Of a DNA stretch of 45,996 nt, positions 42,059-45,996 are shown in pieces. The stretch covers positions 1 to 45,996 of the forward strand of contig JAWSUI010000031.1 in NCBI GenBank assembly GCA_033551855.1. Direction: 5' to 3'. The notes beneath the pieces are model-generated. The model had not been told where the DNA came from and ran no database searches. It saw only the letters and a program-made list of their open reading frames with translations. The stretch is from Deferrisomatales bacterium. GTDB lineage: Bacteria > Desulfobacterota > Deferrisomatia > Deferrisomatales > JACRMM01. Both the position numbers and the translations under genes were made by a program. How positions within the stretch are numbered: the stretch's first letter is position 1; each line of letters starts with the position of its first letter.

Positions 42059-43621
42059 CTACCCGCCGAAGAGGATCAGCCCGGACTGCACCCCACCGAC
42101 CAGGGCACCGAGAACGCCTCCCCACCACGTGATCATGCGCAACTCCCGCCCGGCGACCGCCAAGATCACGTTCTCGACCTCTTCCGGGGAGAAGGCCAGG
42201 ATCTCGCGCTCGATGAGGCTCTTCACGTCGACGATTCCGAGGATCGCAGGCACCTGGGCCGAGATCACGGGCATGAGGTGATCGAGGCCCAGCCCGGTGA
42301 CCTCCGCCAGGAGCGCGCGGGGCACGTGCCGGTCCAGGCGTCCCAGGGGGGCCCGGAGGGAGGCCTCGATCAGGGCCGGGGCCTCACGCTCGACAAAGGC
42401 CCGCAGCCGGCCGGCACCGGCGCGGGCCGCGAGGTGCTCGGCCCACCCCCGGGCGCCCTCGGCCTCGACCCCTGCCGCTCGAGCCAGCTCTCCGAGATTG
42501 GTCCGGAACAGCGCGCTCAGCTCCCGGTCCAGCACGAGAGCCAGGGCCTGGGCGACCTGGGGCCGTCGCAACTGGCCGCAGACCCATTCCGTGGCCTGAT
42601 CCCAGAGGCGATCGACGGCCTCCCTCGGCAGTGCCTCCAGGAGCTGCGCGGGCGTCCGTCCGAGGACCCGGTCCAGGGCATCCGTCACCCCCTGCTCCAG
42701 CCGGGCTCGATTCTCCTGCTGGTACACCAGCTCGCCGAGGCGGTGGAGGTTGGCGTCCACGATCTCGTCCGCCTCACGAAAGATCCTTCCCCGGCCCATC
42801 AGGGCCGCCTGGCGCACCAGGTTCTTCACCACCCCCCCCTCGGTTTCCAGCAGGTATGCTTCGATCCCCCCCCGCACCGCGGTCTTGATCTTCTCGACGT
42901 TGGCGCGGGACAGGAGGGCCTCCTCGAAACGGCGCAGCAGCGCCGGCACGGCGGAACGCACCGCCGCCACCCCGGCGGCCCGCACCCCGTCCGGCAGGAG
43001 GCTCGCCAGCGGGGCGTCCGTGTTCGCGAGGGCAACCAGGGCTCGGGCGACCCCCGGGCGCAGCCTGGCTTCCAGGTCGCCCGCCGCCAGCAGCTCCGCG
43101 GTCTTGCCCAGCGCCAACTGCACGAACCACCGCTCCTCCCCCCGCAAGAGGTCGGCCGCGCTCCGCCGCAAGAGAGCCTCCAGGACATGCTCCAGGAACC
43201 CGATCCCCTCGGGGGTGCCGAGCCACTGCTCCGCGGCGGCCCCCGCCTCCTGTGCCACCCGGAGCAGGGCCTTTCCCAGGGCCTCCTCTCTCTCGGGGCC
43301 CAGGGCACCGGCGAGGCTCGGGTACTCCCGGCCCAGGTAACGCTCCAGGAGGTCCGAGATCATGGCCTGGAGGGCAATGCGCACTTCGGGCCCGGCAAGG
43401 CGCTCTGCCACGCTCCGCTCCCGGAGGAGCTCCGACACCACCGTGCGCGAGACGGTGGCGGCGATCTCGGCCTTGCGGCGGGGCACCATGCCGTGGAAGC
43501 GCAGGCCCAGGATCCGGATCTCCCGGTAGGGCCGAAAGAGCATGCGGATGGCCAGGGCATTGGTGGCGAACCCGATGAGGAAGCCGAAGGCCGGCGGGAG
43601 GGCGACGCGCAGGAGGTCCAT
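42059..43621 (-). CDS. DUF445 family membrane-anchored protein
   Basis: IGFATNALAIRMLFRP N-terminus; ELRMITWWGGVLGALVG C-terminus. Confidence 0.88.
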   Translation of the reverse strand: MDLLRVALPPAFGFLIGFATNALAIRMLFRPYREIRILGLRFHGMVPRRKAEIAATVSRTVVSELLRERSVAERLAGPEVRIALQAMISDLLERYLGREYPSLAGALGPEREEALGKALLRVAQEAGAAAEQWLGTPEGIGFLEHVLEALLRRSAADLLRGEERWFVQLALGKTAELLAAGDLEARLRPGVARALVALANTDAPLASLLPDGVRAAGVAAVRSAVPALLRRFEEALLSRANVEKIKTAVRGGIEAYLLETEGGVVKNLVRQAALMGRGRIFREADEIVDANLHRLGELVYQQENRARLEQGVTDALDRVLGRTPAQLLEALPREAVDRLWDQATEWVCGQLRRPQVAQALALVLDRELSALFRTNLGELARAAGVEAEGARGWAEHLAARAGAGRLRAFVEREAPALIEASLRAPLGRLDRHVPRALLAEVTGLGLDHLMPVISAQVPAILGIVDVKSLIEREILAFSPEEVENVILAVAGRELRMITWWGGVLGALVGGVQSGLILFGG

Positions 43622-43734
43622 GGCCTACTCCAGGTGGGAAGGGCCGCGCGCCGGGGGGGCGCGGCGCGGCCGAGGGCGCAGGCTCCGGGACACCCCTCTT
43701 CGCAGTGGGCTCGCGTCCGGCGAGGGTCTTGCCC

Positions 43735-43970
43735 TTGACAGACCCCGAACCATCCGCCTACTGTCCTGGGTCATCGATCCGCTGCGATACCGAAGCCGCC
43801 GATGCACCCGTTGCGCAAGGCGCGAGATCGTTCTTTCCCCTGACGGACCCACTGAGTTTCCGGCAGGGCCCCCTCCCCCGAGACATCGATCCGCGGGCCG
43901 GGGCGCGGGGGCGCCGGCGTCACACCGGCCGCACAAATAGCGACTCCCCCGGAGGAACCGGGGGAGTCGC
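43735..43970 (+). ncRNA. Candidate sRNA unit (coordinates include the promoter)
   Basis: TTGACA-N18-TACTGT, no SD-led ORF, ends at a strong hairpin. Confidence 0.35.
43933..43970 (-). terminator. Intrinsic terminator-like hairpin
   Basis: GCGACTCCCCCGG-N5-CCGGGGGAGTCGC, followed on the minus strand by TATTTGT. Confidence 0.7.
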
Positions 43971-44024
43971 CGAACCTTCCTGGCACGCTTGCTACAACGC
44001 GGGGTCGCCGCGGGCAGTTTCCCG

Positions 44025-44093
44025 TCATGCCCAGGACCGTCTAGGGCACCCCTCGCTGCAGTGGGCGACCCTCGGGATCATGAAGCGCTTCAT
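44025..44093 (-). CDS. Candidate 22-aa small protein MKRFMIPRVAHCSEGCPRRSWA
   Basis: Strong SD AGGAGAGGAGGTGA; own promoter TTGACA-N17-TACTCT (44170..44142); downstream terminator. Confidence 0.45.
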   Translation of the reverse strand: MKRFMIPRVAHCSEGCPRRSWA

Positions 44094-44156
44094 GGACTCT
44101 CACCTCCTCTCCTGTTGCCGTGATTTTGTGACACGTAACTCAGAGTAAGCAGCACT

Positions 44157-44966
44157 GTGGACCCTGTCAAGCGGCCGGCCCCGGTCATCGCCCTTACCAC
44201 CGACTTCGGCCTGGTGGACCCGTACGCCGGCATCCTCAAGGGCGTCCTGCTGGGTCTGTGCCCGGAGGCCCGGGTCGTGGACCTGACCCACGGCGTTCCC
44301 CCCCAGGACGTCCTCGCCGGCTGCCTCGCCCTGGAGGCGGCACGCCCCTACTTCCCGCCGGGCACCATCCACCTGTGCGTCGTGGACCCGGGCGTGGGAA
44401 CCGGGAGGCCCGCGGTGGCGGTCAGGACCCGGCGAGACGTCTTCGTCGGCCCCGACAACGGCCTGTTCTCCTTTCTTCGGGGCGACGAGATCCTCGAGGT
44501 CCGCTCCCTGGAGAGCGCGGCCGTCCGCCTGCAGCCGGTCAGCCGCACCTTCCACGGGCGCGACGTCTTCGCCCCGGCTGCCGCCCACCTCGGCCGGGGC
44601 CTGCCGTGGGCGGACCTGGGGCCTTCCCGGCCACTTCTCGGCCCCTCGCTCCTCCCGGAGGCCGAAGTCTGGGCCCAGAGGATCCGGGGTGTCATCCTGG
44701 GCTTCGACCGCTTCGGAAATGCGGTCACGAGCATACGCGCAGAGCGGGTGCCGTGGACGCCCCGGCGGGTCCTCGTGGGCGGCGCGGTGGTGCCCTACGC
44801 CTCCACCTACGGGGACGTGCCGCCCGATGCGCCCCTGTGCCTCGCGGCGTCCTCGGGCCGCATCGAGGTCGGCGTGCGAAACGGGAGCGCCCGGCGGCGA
44901 CTCGGCCTTGCGCGGGGGACCCCGATCGTCCTGGAAGCGCCGGAGGGGGAGCCGGGGGGGCCCTGA
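44157..44966 (+). CDS. SAM hydroxide adenosyltransferase / chlorinase family (DUF62)
   Basis: LTTDFG, VVDPGVG, GPDNG, TFHGRDVF, DRFGN. Confidence 0.92.
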   Translation: MDPVKRPAPVIALTTDFGLVDPYAGILKGVLLGLCPEARVVDLTHGVPPQDVLAGCLALEAARPYFPPGTIHLCVVDPGVGTGRPAVAVRTRRDVFVGPDNGLFSFLRGDEILEVRSLESAAVRLQPVSRTFHGRDVFAPAAAHLGRGLPWADLGPSRPLLGPSLLPEAEVWAQRIRGVILGFDRFGNAVTSIRAERVPWTPRRVLVGGAVVPYASTYGDVPPDAPLCLAASSGRIEVGVRNGSARRRLGLARGTPIVLEAPEGEPGGP

Positions 44967-45016
44967 GCGTAGCCGCGCCCCGCATCGATGGAGGCGCACG
45001 CGAACCGCTGGGGATC

Positions 45017-45127
45017 GGTAAGGCCTGCGCACCGGGGCCTCGCCCGGGATGCCTCAGTCGCCGTGCCGCGGAATGCGGGGCGGAGCGGCGGGGCTTTCGG
45101 ACCCCGCTCGCCGACCATCCGGTGGAT
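45017..45127 (+). repeat. Repeat A, diverged right-half copy
   Basis: GCGCACCGGGG...GCCGCGGAATGCGGGGCGG...CCGGTGGAT. Confidence 0.75.
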
Positions 45128-45146
45128 CGAGGGCGTTGCCGCTCGC

Positions 45147-45175
45147 TTGACACTGCGGGGGGGAGCGTTTAGATT
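45147..45175 (+). promoter_or_regulatory. sigma70-like promoter
   Basis: TTGACA-N17-TAGATT, 19 nt after the repeat A end. Confidence 0.75.
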
Positions 45176-45239
45176 CGCTTCTTTCAACCGCACAGGACAC
45201 GGATTCGCGGCGTGTTTCGGGAGTAAAGAGGAGGACCCC

Positions 45240-45827
45240 ATGTCGAACCAGGACGACAACCTGCTCAAGAAGACCCAGCGGGGTCTCTCCATCCTGGCCT
45301 TCGAGACCACGAAGCAGAGCCGCATCCTCAAGAAGCGGATGCGCACCGCGGCCCTGCAGAAGGAGATCAAGGCCGACCTCCGGGACCTGGGGAACCTGGT
45401 GTACAACGCGGTGATCCATGACCAGCCGGGAATCCTCGCCGAGGAGGAGGTCAAGATCCTGGTGGAGAACATCCGCCAGAACAAGGACGAGGTGGATCAT
45501 CTTCGCGACGCCATCGCCCGCCTGAGCCGCACGAAGAAGCACTTTCCCGGCGCGGAAGAGGAGGGCTTCGAGGGGCCGCCGGAGCCCGGCCTGGACGAGC
45601 CCCCGCTGGTGGCCGTCGAGCCGAGCGCCGAAGCCCCTCCGGCGGCGGAAATGGGGGAGCGCACCGAACCGGAGGCCAAGGCCGACGCGCCCGACGCCCC
45701 GCCCCCCGAGGCGGATGCGCCCAAGAAGGCCGCGAAGAAGCGCGAGGGAGCCGCACCGGCCGTCCCGCCCGCCCCCGGGACCGACCCCGAGCACCCGTCC
45801 GAAGGGGAACCGAGCCCCGAAAAGTAG
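45240..45827 (+). CDS. Hypothetical protein, coiled-coil N-terminus and acidic Pro/Ala-rich tail
   Basis: GAGGAGG SD, ATG at 45240, heptad-like pattern followed by low complexity. Confidence 0.75.
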   Translation: MSNQDDNLLKKTQRGLSILAFETTKQSRILKKRMRTAALQKEIKADLRDLGNLVYNAVIHDQPGILAEEEVKILVENIRQNKDEVDHLRDAIARLSRTKKHFPGAEEEGFEGPPEPGLDEPPLVAVEPSAEAPPAAEMGERTEPEAKADAPDAPPPEADAPKKAAKKREGAAPAVPPAPGTDPEHPSEGEPSPEK

Positions 45828-45843
45828 GCGCATCCGGGGACTG

Positions 45844-45915
45844 ACCCGGCATTCGACTCCAGGGACGATCGCGTGGGCGGGCCCACCCGGTCGGTTTACC
45901 GGAGGAACCGAAAAG
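45844..45915 (+). repeat. Repeat C, partial right end
   Basis: CCCGGCAT...GCGGGCCCACCCGGTCGGTTTACCGGAGGAACCGAAAA. Confidence 0.75.
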
Positions 45916-45996
45916 CGGCGGACGGGGAACGCGGGGCGAGCCCTGCGACCCTTCCCCTAGGCACACGAGCGAGGGCGGCCCCCGGGCCGCCCTCGC

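Noticed and set aside
43979..43998. sigma54 promoter TGGCACGCTTGCT
   Set aside because: GG-to-GC spacing is wrong (needs GG-N10-GC).
43990..44027. Selenocysteine readthrough of the small-ORF TGA
   Set aside because: No convincing SECIS hairpin and no redox motif around the TGA.
44115..44140. Rex- or CRP-like operator (CGTGATTTTGTGACACG)
   Set aside because: Half-site spacing fits neither consensus.

Overview
Very GC-rich chromosomal window from a Gram-negative anaerobe. Gene order suggests a Deltaproteobacteria/Desulfobacterota-type organism, possibly Deferrisoma-like; this is inference only. Most of the window is core housekeeping: kdsB-pyrG-kdsA-kdsD-kdsC-lptCAB-rpoN, rimP-nusA-infB-DUF503-rbfA-DHH-truB-rpsO-pnp, tadA-tRNA-Ser(CGA)-ffs-dnaX-ybaB, cobO-nrdJ, ktrB-ktrA-ktrA, pyrD, metV-metF-like-iorAB, plus an MNT-HEPN pair. 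The unusual signal is in the intergenic DNA. (1) A 198-bp inverted-repeat element (repeat A) occurs in at least 7 full or partial copies. In 6 of them the right end (GGAT) lies 18-19 nt upstream of the -35 hexamer of a co-oriented sigma70-like promoter. (2) A 123-bp element with short terminal inverted repeats (repeat B) is inserted in the middle of one repeat A copy and also sits just after rpoN. (3) A third family of about 210 bp (repeat C) is present. (4) At 43.7-44.2 kb two small transcription units converge: a candidate sRNA and a 22-codon ORF. (5) ktrB probably starts at a non-canonical ATC codon. No transposase, integrase or CRISPR array is visible. All promoter, repeat and RNA calls were made by eye.
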